Origin: the human T2T-CHM13v2.0 reference genome, Homo sapiens
NCBI RefSeq assembly: GCF_009914755.1
Contig: NC_060938.1
DNA length: 64,000 nt
Direction: 5' to 3' (one strand)
Below the pieces are notes generated by a model, which ran no database searches, was not told the origin of the DNA, and saw only the letters and a program-made list of their open reading frames with translations. Shown piece by piece: positions 42,259 to 55,800 of the stretch (the stretch's first letter is position 1; every line of letters starts with the position of its first letter). A program made the position numbers and the translations under genes.

Positions 42259-45254
42259 TATGATACCATATACACAAAAACACACAGAATCCTTTGATTC
42301 TCATTCTTCTCCCTAAAACAGTTCAACTTCAAGCACATTGCTAAATGCAAAACTGATTATTTGGCAACTGAAGTAGTTTAGCCTGAGTTGCTAAGAGATC
42401 TGGTGCCTTAGAGATTCTCTTCTTAATTAGGCCCACAGATCTATTAATTCTATAGATGTGGTGCCTGCAAAGAAATGATCAGGTTTTCCAGAGCTGGTAT
42501 CACAAATACGAAATGATAACATACAGGTATACATCACAAAGACTAAAGACCATAAGAAGATGGGACACTGGAACCAGGAACCAGGCTGCAGGGCCGCACT
42601 TCATTCCCACTCTGTGTTGCTGTGTGCTCTCCCTGGAATAGTCCCATGAAAGCATGTATTTCCCTGAACCTCTGACAGAGCAAGAGGTGAGTCATCAAAG
42701 TGAGAAAGGCCAAACCTTAAAGGCAAGAGCAGCTATAGAGGGGTTTGGGACATTGATAGAAGAACCACGAACCAGTAGTTTCATAATGGGCTAATCAGAC
42801 CTGAGACCAAGCGAAGCTGTACCTCAAACCTCAGACCAATCTAGTGGGATAATGCTTGAGAATGTGGAACTGGGATCCTGCCCTTTCTCTCTTCTCCATC
42901 ACTCCATAAGATTAAAAAATAATAATAATAACAATGTGCTTTTGATCGTTTCACCTCTTTCTCAAACTATTTTCTTCATTTATGAAAGCAGGCACTAAAT
43001 GTAAGTGTGGGCTTCAGGCACAATCTTTGTGCAGTAAAATTAATTTGCACTGTCAGGTTTAATCTCAGTCTGTGAGAGACTTCCTTTGCCCCTTTCCTGA
43101 GGGCATGTGCACACACACTCACACTCACACCCCTACGGGCTCATTTGAAGAGAGGCTTTTGTCATCTGTTCGAATTTGAGATTCAAAAAGGTCCCTAAGA
43201 TTTACAAAGGAAACATAGAGGGCAGGAAAGACAGAACTTGGACACCCCATGCCTAGAATAAGCCATGCAGCTCTTGCATCCCTGAGCAGAAAGCTCCAAC
43301 ACTTGGCCTGGATCTCTGGTCTCTTATGATTGACTTTGGACTTTGATCTCTTAGTCTCTTGTCCTTGAGGAAAGCAGAAGTATTTCCACATTCTTGTGGC
43401 CCCACATAAAGGCTTAGAAGGAATTCTGAATCATTTCCTATTGAGAATTGTAACACCAACATAGCAGGGGGAACATTAGTATTTAAAATATTCTCACAAC
43501 AAGATTTAAATTTTCCTTTTGGTTGGTTCCAAATTTCCATTGACTCTAACTTTAATTATAAACTGAATAAAGACAGTTTTAGAAATTTCTACCTCAGAGT
43601 GATTTTTCCATTTCTGCCCTCTTACTTATTCTGGGGAGCTTGGGGGATAGCAGTGGTGCCAATGTTGAGTGAAAATTAAGCAACCTAATGAATTATTCCT
43701 TGTTAATAATGTCTCTGGCAGGTAATAGCCATTTTTATAGACTTTTTCTAGAGACAATGCCTTATCCAAAATAAATGATTCTAATGATTGTACTATAGTA
43801 GGCCAGTAAGGGAAAAGTCTAAGGACTTTGTAGTATACTTCAAATCCTATCATATAGATGGTAACATATTGCCTATGGATAAGCCAACTGTGGGCTTATG
43901 TACACAGAAAGCAGAGAAGGGAAAAAAACCTCATTAATCTCTATGTTGAACGCTAGTTTAAAAAAATCACTAAGCATTTAAATGATTCATTCCACTGAAT
44001 GCTAAGTAAGAGGAAATCAACCTACTTTTTTATGGTCTTTGCTTCTGATTTACATCACAGCCTATGCTATAAGCCTTCCAGACACCAACTGAGATTATAC
44101 CTGGTGGTTGCTCATCTCCTGGGTAATATGATCAATTTGGACAGTGGTTGTTTACAACTAGCCCTTTGTGACCAGCTAAGAACGAGATGATGGACTCAGA
44201 TCACTAAAATGGGCAATCAGCAGCCCCTGGGAATAAAGCAACACGGCGTCTTTGTTGGCTTTGAATGCCCGCATTGAAATAGGATGATTTCACCTGGTGC
44301 AGCACCTCCCAAAAGATAGCATCTCCACCTCCCTGCTCATGCTCAAGTGCCTGCAGATGGAATTAGACTGGAATGTGCCACCAGAGAAAGGCGTGACTAC
44401 ACAGAATTTACAGATTTAAATAGACATGTTGTGAGATGCAAGTAAACGGATATTATGTGATGACAAGCACTGCCCTCCTAGACCTGATGCTCTGGTTGGG
44501 AAACGTTACTTGCCCACGTGAAACAACCAGAGAATACAAGAAAACCTAAAAACAGGTGCTAAATTGTACAGCAATAGACTATACACTATAAGCGAAGGTT
44601 AGGGACAGTCTTGTTTTATAGATAGGATTTGAGGTAAGTTCTGCTCTTAAAATTGAGAGATCCCCTGGAATGAGGCAGAAGGTTGGCTGGGGCTGGACCA
44701 AATGAGGTTAATAGATGGACTCTGCTTTTCTTTACTCCATTCATTCAACAACTAAATGAAAAGCCTCTACGTGCCAGGCAGTTTGCACTGTGGTGGGTAT
44801 ATGATTTGGAGCAAAACACAGAAACCCAGGAAAAACAATGAGTGAAATGAGAGACATTTAGGCATATGAAGTAAAGAAATATCTGGAAAACAGCCCTTCC
44901 TTCGCCATAAGAAATTTGTATTCTGTCACTCTCTGTCCATATACACTCTCTCTATATATATAGTAGGACAAATGCTGTTTCAGTAGCATTCTTATATATG
45001 ATATTTGCCCTATTTACAAACAAGAAACAAAATAAGAATAAATCAAAGTGAAATTTTCTTCCTTGGCACATTACAGGTTTTTATTCTACAGTTAGTGGAA
45101 AACTTCTTTATTTCTAAACTGTATTTACCAGATAAATAATCACATAGCACTTGAATTCAAACCTTTGATCTAAATTTCCCAGATTCCTGAGACCAAAATG
45201 TTTTCAGAAAAGAGCTTGAAATGGTATAAAATATGAAGCATTTTCTTTATAATT

Positions 45255-45485
45255 GTATGGTATAGTAAAAAAAGTTTAGGAATTAGAATCAAAATACTAG
45301 TTTTGAGTGCTGGAAATACCACTAATTGACTATGATCTAGGCAAATTATTAATAATTTCTAAATCTCAGTTCCTCACCTGCAAAAAAATCCAAATGGCAG
45401 GATCATTGTAAGAACCAAATAAGATATTGTGGATGAAAGTGTGTCAGGAACTATAAACCATTATACCAATAGTTATTATTATTAA
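45255..45485 (+). mobile_element. MIR
   Basis: ggtatagtaaaaa...ggcaaattatt...tctcagttcctcacctgcaaaa...cattgtaagaaccaaataagata. Confidence 0.7.
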
Positions 45486-46497
45486 CATCATCTTTGTAAT
45501 AAAGGAGATGTGTATTATGTTACATAGTGTTTGGGTTATTTTTGTTTTGGTTTGGTTTTGTGTTTTTTTAGATCTCTTTCATTACCCAGCACAATGCTTG
45601 GCACATAGTAGATGACAAATGTTTGTTCAATGAAAGAATGAATAAAAAGATAATGCTTCTGACCATATATATTGACAGGATGTGTGCTTTGAATTACTTT
45701 TCTAGAAGTGGTGAAGAATCTTTGTAGAGCTGGTTAAGTGGATTTTCCGTGTGCGATCCTGGGATTTTTTTGTTTGTTTGTTTTCTTCTTTTCTGTAGCA
45801 TACCAACTGACTCTGACTGGAATCAAACCTATGCCCTTAGTGTCTCAGGTAGCAGTTGCTCTAACCAAGGAAGTGAATCAATCCAGACTAAAGAGAAAAG
45901 ATGATAGTATATACTGAGCCTAGTCCTATAGGCTACAATGTGTGCAGGCTTCATAGGCCCACTTTCTAAATGATGAGTAAGAAAATGGGGAGGCATTATT
46001 TGCCTCTTTAAGAAAAGCACATATAATGAGCTCACACTTTCACCTTCCACCCATCAAAACAGTGAGTCAGAGAATCACAGAATGCTGCTTTCTTCCAAAG
46101 TCCCTTGTATCCAGACTTTCAGACATATCGTACCCCTCACTTCCCTAAATTTTCACCTCTATGGAATGCACACAGACATATGGGTAAATCAACAACAACC
46201 CTCAAGGAAGCTATAACCACCCAGCGTGTACATTTTGCAACTCTTTCAACTCGCTTCCCATCCTGCCCATCCCCTACACAAATCAGGTTTGAATGCCCAG
46301 GCTTGTCACCTGGTATACAAAAATGCAGTCTAACACTGTATTTATTAGCAACCCTTTTCCCTTATGTTTAATTTATTGTTACATTTTTTAAATGTACAAA
46401 CAGTTATACCAGTTTTATACACAAAACCACAGGTACCGTTTTGTATCTGTCAAAATTCCAGCAGCCTGTGGAGAGAGACAGTTGAATAGATGTCCTA

Positions 46498-46516
46498 TGC
46501 TGCCATCTAGTGCTTT
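46498..46516 (-). promoter_or_regulatory. Candidate CTCF site
   Basis: Minus strand AAAGCACTAGATGGCAGCA matches the CTCF core (CCACYAGRKGGCRSY) except at the first C. Confidence 0.4.
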
Positions 46517-47749
46517 TGTCAAGACACGGACTTGTTCATTTTTCTGGAAATGAGGAAACAAAGGCAGCTCAAGGCACCCAAATTCTGGAAGAGCTACTGA
46601 TATGCATTATTAAACAGATGCATTTATGACACTTGGACCACATTCCCTGGAACCAAGCAACTTAACTTGTTTTCACACAATGGCAGCTTACACCCCTGCT
46701 CTTGACTGGCAAAGCTCTGGCCTACCCTGGAGGCACCTGGTTTAAATCCAAACTGACTGGGCAAGCAAAATGCCCCTCTGAGCCCCTTTCTACAGCTCCC
46801 ATCTGGCCAAGGTTCTCTTGGCATGTCTCTTCCTCCAGGAGGGACAGTTTTATCTGAATGACTTGCCTATTACTTCAATTCTGATAGAAGGCACAAAGGA
46901 GTCAGATGGCTTAAAAAAATCATTATCTTTAAAATTGACTAAAACAGCAGCCATTTTCCTTATAGTGGCCAAAAGTGAAGCTTCTGAATTTGTCTTGCTC
47001 CTCAGCTCACGGGATTTGTGTCACTCGTTAGATCCCAGATCCTTTTCTGAATCCCCCCCTTTATCTTTTCTTGGATCTCAAAAGTACCTTTCTTCTCCTC
47101 AATTAATCAATCAGCACATCTCTGTGTTGCACACACGCTATGCTAAAAGCACTATATCAGACACCGGTTAGTGGGTGGATAAATCAAATGAAAATAACCT
47201 TTCCATCTGCGTCTCTGATCACTTCCTGCCTCTGGCCTCAAAGAAGCTTCACCATCCGCCTCCTTGCTACTCTTTAACCCTTTCCTCTTTCATGCTTCTT
47301 TTTCTTTTCCTTTAACTATACACAAACCTCTCTTCTAGTTAAAATAAATATAAGAACTTTACTTGAACCCTCCACACTTTCCTGCTACCAGCAAATTTCT
47401 TCCTTCCGTGGTTGTATCTTTTTGTATTTTTATCTCAATGAAATGGAGAATTCACTAACCCAATATGCTAATCTCCCAATATAGAATCAACCGCCTAACA
47501 AATTAGACGGTGTCCTTCCAACAAGACAGAGTGAGTATCTGTTAGGGCTGCAGCTCCTGAACGTGACTCCTGAAATGGAGAGGAGGTTATCATAGATGAC
47601 CTCTGAGTTCCTCTGATTTCGATTCTGTCCTTTCTAAACTTTATTTTATTATAGTCTCTACTTCTGCAGCCACTCCCTACTTAACCATGCCTGTAAACTC
47701 ATGACTTTCTCAAAAGGAAGTTAGCCTCTCTAGATGATCAGATTCCATT

Positions 47750-48900
47750 CCCCCTTCTTGAATTCATTGCTTCGTCATGACACCCTGATTACAACCCTTT
47801 CTTGAAGCACTCTCTATTCTATTCGCCAATTCTATTTATCAAATACCTCATTGTTTCCAATGGTTTTACTGATTTCTTCTCTTCCCTTATTGAGGACTAT
47901 ATCTAAACTTGGATTTTGTCCATATCTATGTCTGTGACTTTACAAACACATTTACTCACTCCCACTGTATCTTCACACAATGCTTCATGATGACAGTGAT
48001 GGTGATCATGATAATTTGATCACATAATTCCACTTCCACAAAGGTCTTAAATCTTCCATTTCTACTGTGATTTTTCAAACTCTTTCCAAGCCCATACCAT
48101 CATTTATCCGCATAGCAGAATAGTTCTTCTTGGTTGTCCCATCAACACTATAATAGTAAACTTTGGATTCATGATTCTCACCCTCAAAATGGCATACTTC
48201 CCAAGTTTGTCCATTACTATCAATGGCAACACCATGGCCAATCTTCAGCTAAGCTGAGTATCTTAGATTCGTTTTGGAGTTATCCTTCTTTAACTCCTGA
48301 TATTTAATCTTTCCCCAAGACTTGCAAATTCCTTCTTCTTTATTTCATTCAAATATGCATCTTTATTTCCACTTCAGCAACCAGTTTACGATGAGGTTAA
48401 ATCCTCATTGCCTTATGCCTGGGTTGCAGAGAAACTTCTAGGGCAGCTCTCCTAGCTTCCAGTTCCACTCCTGTACCAGTTCCTCTTACAAAGAAGTTTG
48501 GGTAGTCTTTCAACCAGTTTGCTGTCACGTAGCTTACCTGTTAAAAGTCATAATAGCTTCTTATTGCCTCTCAATATCACATCCATTTCTGTAGCCACAC
48601 ACATTCAAGGCCCTTCTCCAACTACATTTCATTTTCTTTCACTCGCTCCCTGAACGTGTCCCAAGTTCCAGTCAAATTCACTTTTCTAGCATTCTCTGCA
48701 CAGGAATATTTTGCACACAACAGTCTTTCCCTCTGGAATGCTCATTCACTCCTTCCAAAAACTAGGTCTTATTAATTTCTCAAAATGCACACACACCTGA
48801 TGGCAATCTAAGATGGATAACATCTGTCTTTGATCTCTCTTCTACTCTGAGATCCTCCTCAGTGGTCGCACTTTCAGGGAAATCTGGATGCTCATAAAAA
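47750..48900 (+). mobile_element. Degenerate L2 fragments
   Basis: Pyrimidine-rich sequence with L2 motifs (caatggcaacacc, attcaaggcccttc, ccctctggaatgctc); boundaries approximate. Confidence 0.5.
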
Positions 48901-49640
48901 GAATGTGAACAAGCCATTGTTTGATGGCCTCCATGACCCCAGTAGATAGATGGTTTCTGCTTTCTGGCCTACGTGCATGTTGTTGTGCCTTACCAGGAGA
49001 GCCACATGATGTCCAATTTATGTGGTTTGCTGCTGAGGCTGGATGCCCATGTCGTTTTCAGATTAGGAAGTTTTCTGGAATAGGATCTTCCATTATACCC
49101 TAGATGAGTGATGAAGATGAAGTAAGAGGACAATCCAAGAAGAACTTTTTGACATTGTGATTAATGCATCAATTTTGACAAAATCATTTTGATGTAGCTA
49201 CTTTGACATCAAAATGGCACTTTCAATATGTAAGATCACTATTTTTCTTGTCATTACTAATTAACATGCAAAATCAATATCCTTGATCTTTACTACACTC
49301 TTAACTGTCAACATAATGTGTATTTTAAAACACTGAAAGTCAGAGGCTAAAATATTATGTCAAAACCATGTTTCCATGACAAAAAGTTCCTAGCATCAAA
49401 ATGACTGTGCCAAAGCAGCCAGGTGTAAATCTCATGACAGAATTGCTTTGGGGTGAACTGGTGAGTATGGTATGAGAGGTGACAACAGAGCTCTGAGGAG
49501 AAGGCAGTAACATATCCATGGGTCTCAACTGGTAGCACAGACACCCAAGAGGAATCATGGCCAGTAGATATGGTTCTCAATGGAGAAGGTATTAGAGGTA
49601 GACTCGTAAGTCACTGGTCCCTCTAGCAAGTGGTCTTCTT

Positions 49641-49783
<143 letters not shown>

Positions 49784-49785
<2 letters not shown>

Positions 49786-50253
49786 CACGGATGTTCTTTA
49801 TGAGCTTAAAATGGATGGATAATTGGCCCCTGTGCAAGGGCTTAAGTTGCCTAATGCTCCTGTATCTATCACAGGCCCAAACCTGGCCATGAGTATTTAT
49901 TCCTCTATCCTCCAAAGCTAAAAGCAATAATGGGAGAGAACATCCCAGCACCTTGGGAGGCCATTGTGGGCAGATCACTTGAGGTGTTTGAGGCCAGGAG
50001 TTTGAGACTGGCCTGGCCAACATAGCAAAACCCTGTCTCTAATAAAAAGTACCAAAATTAGCCAGATGTGGTGGCGCATACTTGTAGTCCCAGCTACTCA
50101 GGAGGCTGAGGCATGAGAATTGGCCAGGGGTATTCTTTATGAGCTTCAAATGGATGGGTAATTGGGCCCCTATGCAAGGGCTTAAATTACCTAGGAATGA
50201 GTATTTATTCCTCTATCCTCCAAAGCTAGTAGCAAAGTAATAGGAGAGAACAT
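49784..50253 (+). repeat. Direct duplication of a ~130-160-bp unique segment (49784-49943 and 50123-50253)
   Basis: ttctttatgagctt(a/c)aaatggatgg...atgagtatttattcctctatcctccaaagcta...ggagagaacat occurs twice; the second copy lacks ~30 bp. Confidence 0.93.
49942..50122 (+). mobile_element. Alu internal portion (approximately consensus 28-195)
   Basis: atcccagcaccttgggagg...gctactcaggaggctgaggcatgagaattg; lacks both the 5' end and the tail. Confidence 0.92.
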
Positions 50254-51647
50254 GGACAAGGGGGCTCTAACAGCATGATCATCAGCTTTATCAAGAGTGT
50301 GTTTTGTATTTCTTCCAAGAAAGTTTCTTGCAGATAGCTAATTTATTTTTTACCCTATCATATTCCAGCAGGTCTGTAACTAGAGTGGTACCCTGTACCC
50401 CATAATTGCTCCGTGTTAACAGTTCACAGATGAGTAACTTGTCCCTGGCAATTCAAAAAAGGCTACTGTAGTTTGAGATGATAGATATCCTTTTTCTCTA
50501 ATAGAAAAAAAAGATGTGTGGGTAGGGAGGGAACATTATAAAAAAAAATTTTTTTTCATGTCATTTATTTGTTTACTTGTTTATTGCCTACCTCTCTCAC
50601 CTCATTCTCATTAGAATGTTGGCTCCATGAGAGCCAGGACACTGCTTCTATTCATTGATGTTGTCCCAGTACTTTGCACATTGATTGGCACACAAATATT
50701 CAATAAATAATTATTAAGTAGACAATTATTTTTCCACCAGAGAAAGAGGGTCCCTTTGGACTAACAGTCCCAAAAAGGAATGGTTTGGTCCATTCCAAAA
50801 CAGCTTTGTGATTAGCTATGTTTTTCTCTGGGCCTTTTACTGCTCAGAATCCCTGCCAGGGAAGAAATGCTAAAGCTCCCATCTTTTAAATATGTAGATC
50901 CCTGACATTTGGTTGCTTCATGAATTTTGCATTGCATAATGACAAGTGTTTAATTTTATAAACTGCTCCTGTAATAGATCATTTTCAAGGAGAGGCATAA
51001 TCTGGAAATGCAGTGTAAAGTACTGTTGCCGAATTAGACAAATGTCTTCCCCGAGCCAGCGATCCTTTCCGTAGTAAATGTTTTCAAGCATTGACGGATT
51101 GGAAGCCATGGAAATAGTCTCAACACCCAGCTGGCTGACTGAGTCAGAAATGAGATGGCCCATGGATGCTTCTCTTTTCCAGGCTGCTGTGTACCAACCC
51201 CAGAGTATCTTGGGAGTAGAGAAAATAAAAACAATTGACTTGTTTCCTAAGACCCAAATGGACTTGCTCAGCCTGATTTTGAATTCTTTTTCCATTGCCA
51301 CAAAAATTGAAGGTAGAGGTAGAAAAAGGGAATCGTGATTTCTGGGTTCTAAAAAGGATAGTTTGGTGCTTTATGGTCTATCTCAAGCATATATGCAATA
51401 CCATGAGGCCAAAGAAAATGTCTCTAGAAAAGCTCGTGGTGATTTGAGGGTATAATGGGAGGAGAAGCCACACCAATGGGCCAAGTTATGGATAATCCAT
51501 GCTTTGTGCTCCATGTTTCTGTCACTGTTTGGCCTCAGCAAACTCACTGACCCTCTCTGTTCCTTGGTTTCCTTGTACAAAAAATATGCTTAATATGCTT
51601 AATAGTGTTCCCTATTTAACAGAATTCTCATTAAGAAAGTTGAGATT

Positions 51648-51860
51648 AGCCTGGCCAGCATGGTGAAACCCTGTCTCTACTAAAAATACAAAAATTAGCC
51701 AGGTATGGTGGCAGACGCCTGTAATCTCAGCTACTTAGGAGGCTGAGGCAGGAAAATTGCTTGAACCCAAGAGGCAGATGTTGCAATGAGCCAAGATCAT
51801 GCCATTGCGCACCAGCCTGGGCGACAAGAGCGAAACTCTGTCTCAAAAAAAAAAAAAAAA
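51648..51860 (+). mobile_element. 5'-truncated AluSq/Sp-like, inserted into a MIR
   Basis: Starts at agcctggccagcatggtgaaacc; gcgacaagagcgaaactc variant; A-tail; approximate TSD aaagtt(at)gagatta. Confidence 0.93.
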
Positions 51861-52229
51861 GTTATGAGATTAATCTTCAAAAGTCAGTGGTTGTAAAAAC
51901 TGTATGGCTGTAAAAAAAATGAGGCTAGTTTCGTAAACTATATACAGATAATTCATTACAAGTATTTCAAGCAAGAGCATACTGATTGTGAGGGCACTGT
52001 GTAAGTTCAATAGGAACAATGAAAAGAAATTGGTGTGTCAAGGGTTAAATATGTAAATTCATAAGGAAGATGGGCCCAATATATTTAGTATGGCTAATAA
52101 AGAAAAGAGTTGTACCCAAAGAAACTTGCATCCAATGGCAGTTATCCACAGCCATTCCTCAGGGAAATCTATCAGTCAACAAGGCAGCCCCATGTAGAAG
52201 ACAGAATCATGAACAACAATCAAGATACC

Positions 52230-52470
52230 TGAGTCTAAATAATTTTTATGCAGTGACATCTCATCTCAGGCATCAGACTAAGCATGCTACAAAGATGATT
52301 TCATTTAATCCTTACAACTATCCTATGAGGATGATGGTATTAGTATCCATGCTTTATAATTGAATATATTTTATACAGGTTAGGAAACTTGCCAAAGGTC
52401 ACACAACTGGGATTCAAACTCCAAAAGTCAAATTCCAGGGTCACACTCCTAAGTATCATACCACACTGTT
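52230..52470 (-). mobile_element. MIR
   Basis: tttcatttaatccttacaactatcctatgagg...aacttgccaaaggtcacacaactgggattcaaac. Confidence 0.75.
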
Positions 52471-52709
52471 TCCTGGTAAAATAATTGCTGGTAAGTCACT
52501 TACGCTGAGTTCTTACACCTAAGGTTGGGTTGATATAATCTCTAAAGTCTTTTCCATATATAAAATAAAAAGCTTATTTAACATAGCACTAGATTGGGTA
52601 AGCCAATCTGTTTCTTTGGCAGAATATATCAACATATCCTTCTTTGACAGAATACATATATATTGATATGATAGAATACATGTCTATGTATATATTGATT
52701 TGATAGAAT

Positions 52710-52711
<2 letters not shown>

Positions 52712-52749
<38 letters not shown>
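52712..52749. repeat. (TG)n microsatellite
   Basis: About 19 GT units. Confidence 0.97.
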
Positions 52750-52751
<2 letters not shown>

Positions 52752-53339
52752 TTCCAGCTCTGTTTGTTACTGTGTCCCCACCACTGGTTGAGAGCCCATC
52801 TGTGCAGCTCAATGGCTTGCACAGCACTGATAAGAACTCCATAAATGGAACTGGCCAGGGACATTTTGGACTCATGCTTTTTGATGCTTTGCTAATTGCA
52901 TAAATTCCAAACTCATGCCATCCAGGCGTCACTGACCTTTCCTGCTTCTAAGAATTCTTCTCCGGTTTTGTTGATTCCTGCCCTAGTTTCCATAGCAGCT
53001 GCTCCACATATTGTCTCCCACTTTCCAGTACCCAACCCCATTTAAATCCCCTCTCACATCTTACCCCAGCAGTTCATCTTTCTTTCAGCTTTTCTGAGAC
53101 TGGTGTTCCTAGAACCCTTCTTTTTCACTTGACAGAATTTCTTTAAATGTTCATGATTCCTTTTCTCCCTCCCACACACTTAAAGGGAAGCAGCATCCGT
53201 CTTTCTTCCTCCGTCACTCCATCTTATTGAATCTTGTTATATTATTTCTCCTTTCTCTTATGAATTCCATCTCTTGTTCTTTTCCCCTTTTGTCTAGGAA
53301 CATACTCAAGCCAGGGGGTTATATCAGTACAGGACTTTT

Positions 53340-53580
53340 AACTAACACTGTTGAAGATATCCTATGTGCCAGATATTGTATTAGATAATATGCACATGAT
53401 ACTGTATTTAGTCTTCACAGTAACCTCAAAAGGTCGATTTTATAATTGGCATTTTGTATGAGAGGAAATTATGCTTAAACACATTAAGTAACTTGGCCGA
53501 CGTCATGTACGAAATAAATGGGTAGTGCCAGGATTTAAACCAAGTTTCATTCCAACTTGCATGTTCTTTCCACTGTATCT
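53340..53580 (-). mobile_element. MIR
   Basis: ctatgtgccagatattgt...tttagtcttcacagtaacc...ttaagtaacttggcc...ccaggatttaaacc. Confidence 0.7.
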
Positions 53581-53674
53581 CACTTGTTTCTGAAACTAAA
53601 TAAATAAACCCTTTCCTGCAACCCTGCTGCGTTAAGCTCTCATTTTGTCTTTCACTGCCAAACTGGAGTTAAAT

Positions 53675-53945
53675 ACTGCAAGCATTTATTAAACATTAGT
53701 TATGTTCAAGTGACCGTGCTATATACTTTCCCCGGAGGAAAGACAAAGATAAGTAACATCATCCTTAGCTTCCAGAAGCTTACAACCTAATAACCTAATC
53801 CGGGTATCAGATATGTAAACAACAATAAAATGAGACAGGAAGAAGTGCTAAATAAAGTTACCAGAATCCTCTGAGGATACAAATAAAGAGAAAATAACTC
53901 GAACTAAGGGACGGTCAGAGCAGAGAATTTCATAAAATAGCTTTT
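53675..53945 (-). mobile_element. L2 3' fragment
   Basis: caagcatttattaaacattagttatgttcaag...agaagcttacaacctaat. Confidence 0.55.
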
Positions 53946-54049
53946 GAGTCATTCAAACCACTTTCTATTGACCTGCAATTCAACCTTGGGAATGTGTCTT
54001 CTCCCATCTCTTCCTTTGTGTTCTCTCACTCCCAGCCTACACTATCACT

Positions 54050-54745
54050 GCACCTTCGAAGCTGATCTTCCCACCTCCAACTTTTCCCACTTCAGTCCAG
54101 CCTACAAAAGATCCTTGCTGCTGAGTTGCCCTCATTATACCCAACTCAGATTCACCACTCCCTGAATAATACTTTGTGTGGCTCCCTGCTGCCTGCTAAG
54201 TAGGAATATATTTATTTACTTTATCCTCAATAATCATAGGCCAACCATATGAAGTTGTTATAAAGATCAAACAGATAACATATGGGCCAAAAGTGTGAAA
54301 ACCACAAATCATTTTAAAGATAACCTAATGATTACTACATTATGTATCCTACACTTGGACCAGTGTCTGTTTCCTGAACCCAGTCATGGCCGTAGCTCAC
54401 TGCTGTTACTATAATGACCTCGTTCCTCCTTTCTAACTGTAAAATTCTATTCTATATGTCTCTCAAGGCCCAGCCATAAAAGCTACAGTCTTAAGAAAAC
54501 ATTTTCTCACCTCTCAATGAAAATGTCCTCTGGCTTCTCTGGACATCCTCAGAGCTTTACTTCCAACTTTTCCAATGCGTGTGTCACAGCAAGCCAAATA
54601 TTATAGATGGTTGAGCATATGTTACAGTTTCCTTGGTTAATTGAAAGCTATTTTAAGGCAAGAACCATTCCATTCATCTTCATAAGGTTTGTGTGCCTAG
54701 CACAGTGCCTTACCTAAAGTAGGCACTCAAATATCAATTAAATGG
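54050..54745 (+). mobile_element. L2 3' region
   Basis: Ends with the L2 terminus gcctagcacagtgccttacctaaagtaggcactcaaata. Confidence 0.6.
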
Positions 54746-55319
54746 AAGATTAAAACAGGAGGTTATGTTACTCTGTACTGAAATAATTTCAACAGGAGCA
54801 AAGGGAAGAATTTTTCATCCATCCTTTTCTGGGATTTAAAGCAAGGCATGAGGATGCAGAACATGCACACCCATACCAAATAACACCAGCGTAGTGGCCA
54901 TAATGGGGAGGAGAAAAACCCAAATTGACTGGCCCCAATCTTGTGTCTGCCCTTCCAATTCTTATTTTTCAGGACCGAAGAGCCACTGGAAAGCCTAAAT
55001 GGCAATCATTAGATTTGCCATCTTTCTCTCAGAAATTCAGAATTCAGAAATGGGAGCTATTTTGAAAATCAAAATGAGTAGCTGAAAGTCTCAGCTAAAA
55101 GCACACATTTTTCTATTACTCTCCTCGGTTCTCTCTCTCCCTCTGTGCTGTTTATCTCAAGTAACTAGGGGAGCTTGTTTAAGTGAAATCTTGTTATAAA
55201 CAGTTAAGTCGAATGATGCTACTAGAAGAAGGCTGGGCACAGAGAGATCTGTGACCATGGTCAAAGCCAAGAGTCTCCTTAGTATAGTCCAGAGAGATCA
55301 GTTCACTTGGCCCCTCCAA

Positions 55320-55800
55320 GCTGGTGGTGACTCAAAAATCAGGCAGAAAGCCAGAGGATATCTGGGTTCTGACTCATGTAAACAGGAAACAGTGCCAAAG
55401 GCCTCCAGCCAGCCCCAGGTGTGCAGACTGCAGACCTGCACTGGCTTCTCATTGACCTGCAGTTGGCACAGCGTTATCTACAGGCTCTGTCATTATTACT
55501 GCCATGACTGTGTCATGTTTGGAGAGCAGATGCCTCCTCTCCCCACTGTCACTTGGAATTCACAAGAGGGCTGAAAAGCATGCCTGATCAGCTTAGGCAG
55601 CGGAATTCTCTGCTCTAGCCAGACTTTCTAGATTGATATCAGCTTTTATTATCTTATCATCTTTTCTCAGAAAATTCAAAACGTTTCTCATTGTCCCAAT
55701 CCCAGTTACTCTACTTCCCACATAACCTCTAGCAAATAATTTACATCTCTAAAATGCCCTGTCTTTTACCTTTGCAGAAGCTGATAAGATAGTCAGAGAT
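55320..55800. promoter_or_regulatory. Candidate enhancer (AP-1/FOX/ETS/GATA motif cluster)
   Basis: TGACTCA at 55328 and 55370, TGTAAACA at 55377, CAGGAA at 55383, GATA motifs near 55653 and 55782, in apparently unique sequence. Confidence 0.4.

Noticed and set aside
47400-47540. Possible exon ending at a donor-like agagtgagt
   Set aside because: No convincing acceptor or reading frame; the motif alone is insufficient.
50918-51301. 127-aa ORF in unique sequence
   Set aside because: No recognisable domain, promoter or splice structure; length is compatible with chance in 64 kb.
52649-52711. Short tandem duplication (tatatattgat(a/t)tgatagaatac); similar 10-15-bp duplications near 17548, 18352, 35790 and 51584
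   Set aside because: Common slippage products, not a CRISPR-like repeat-spacer array.
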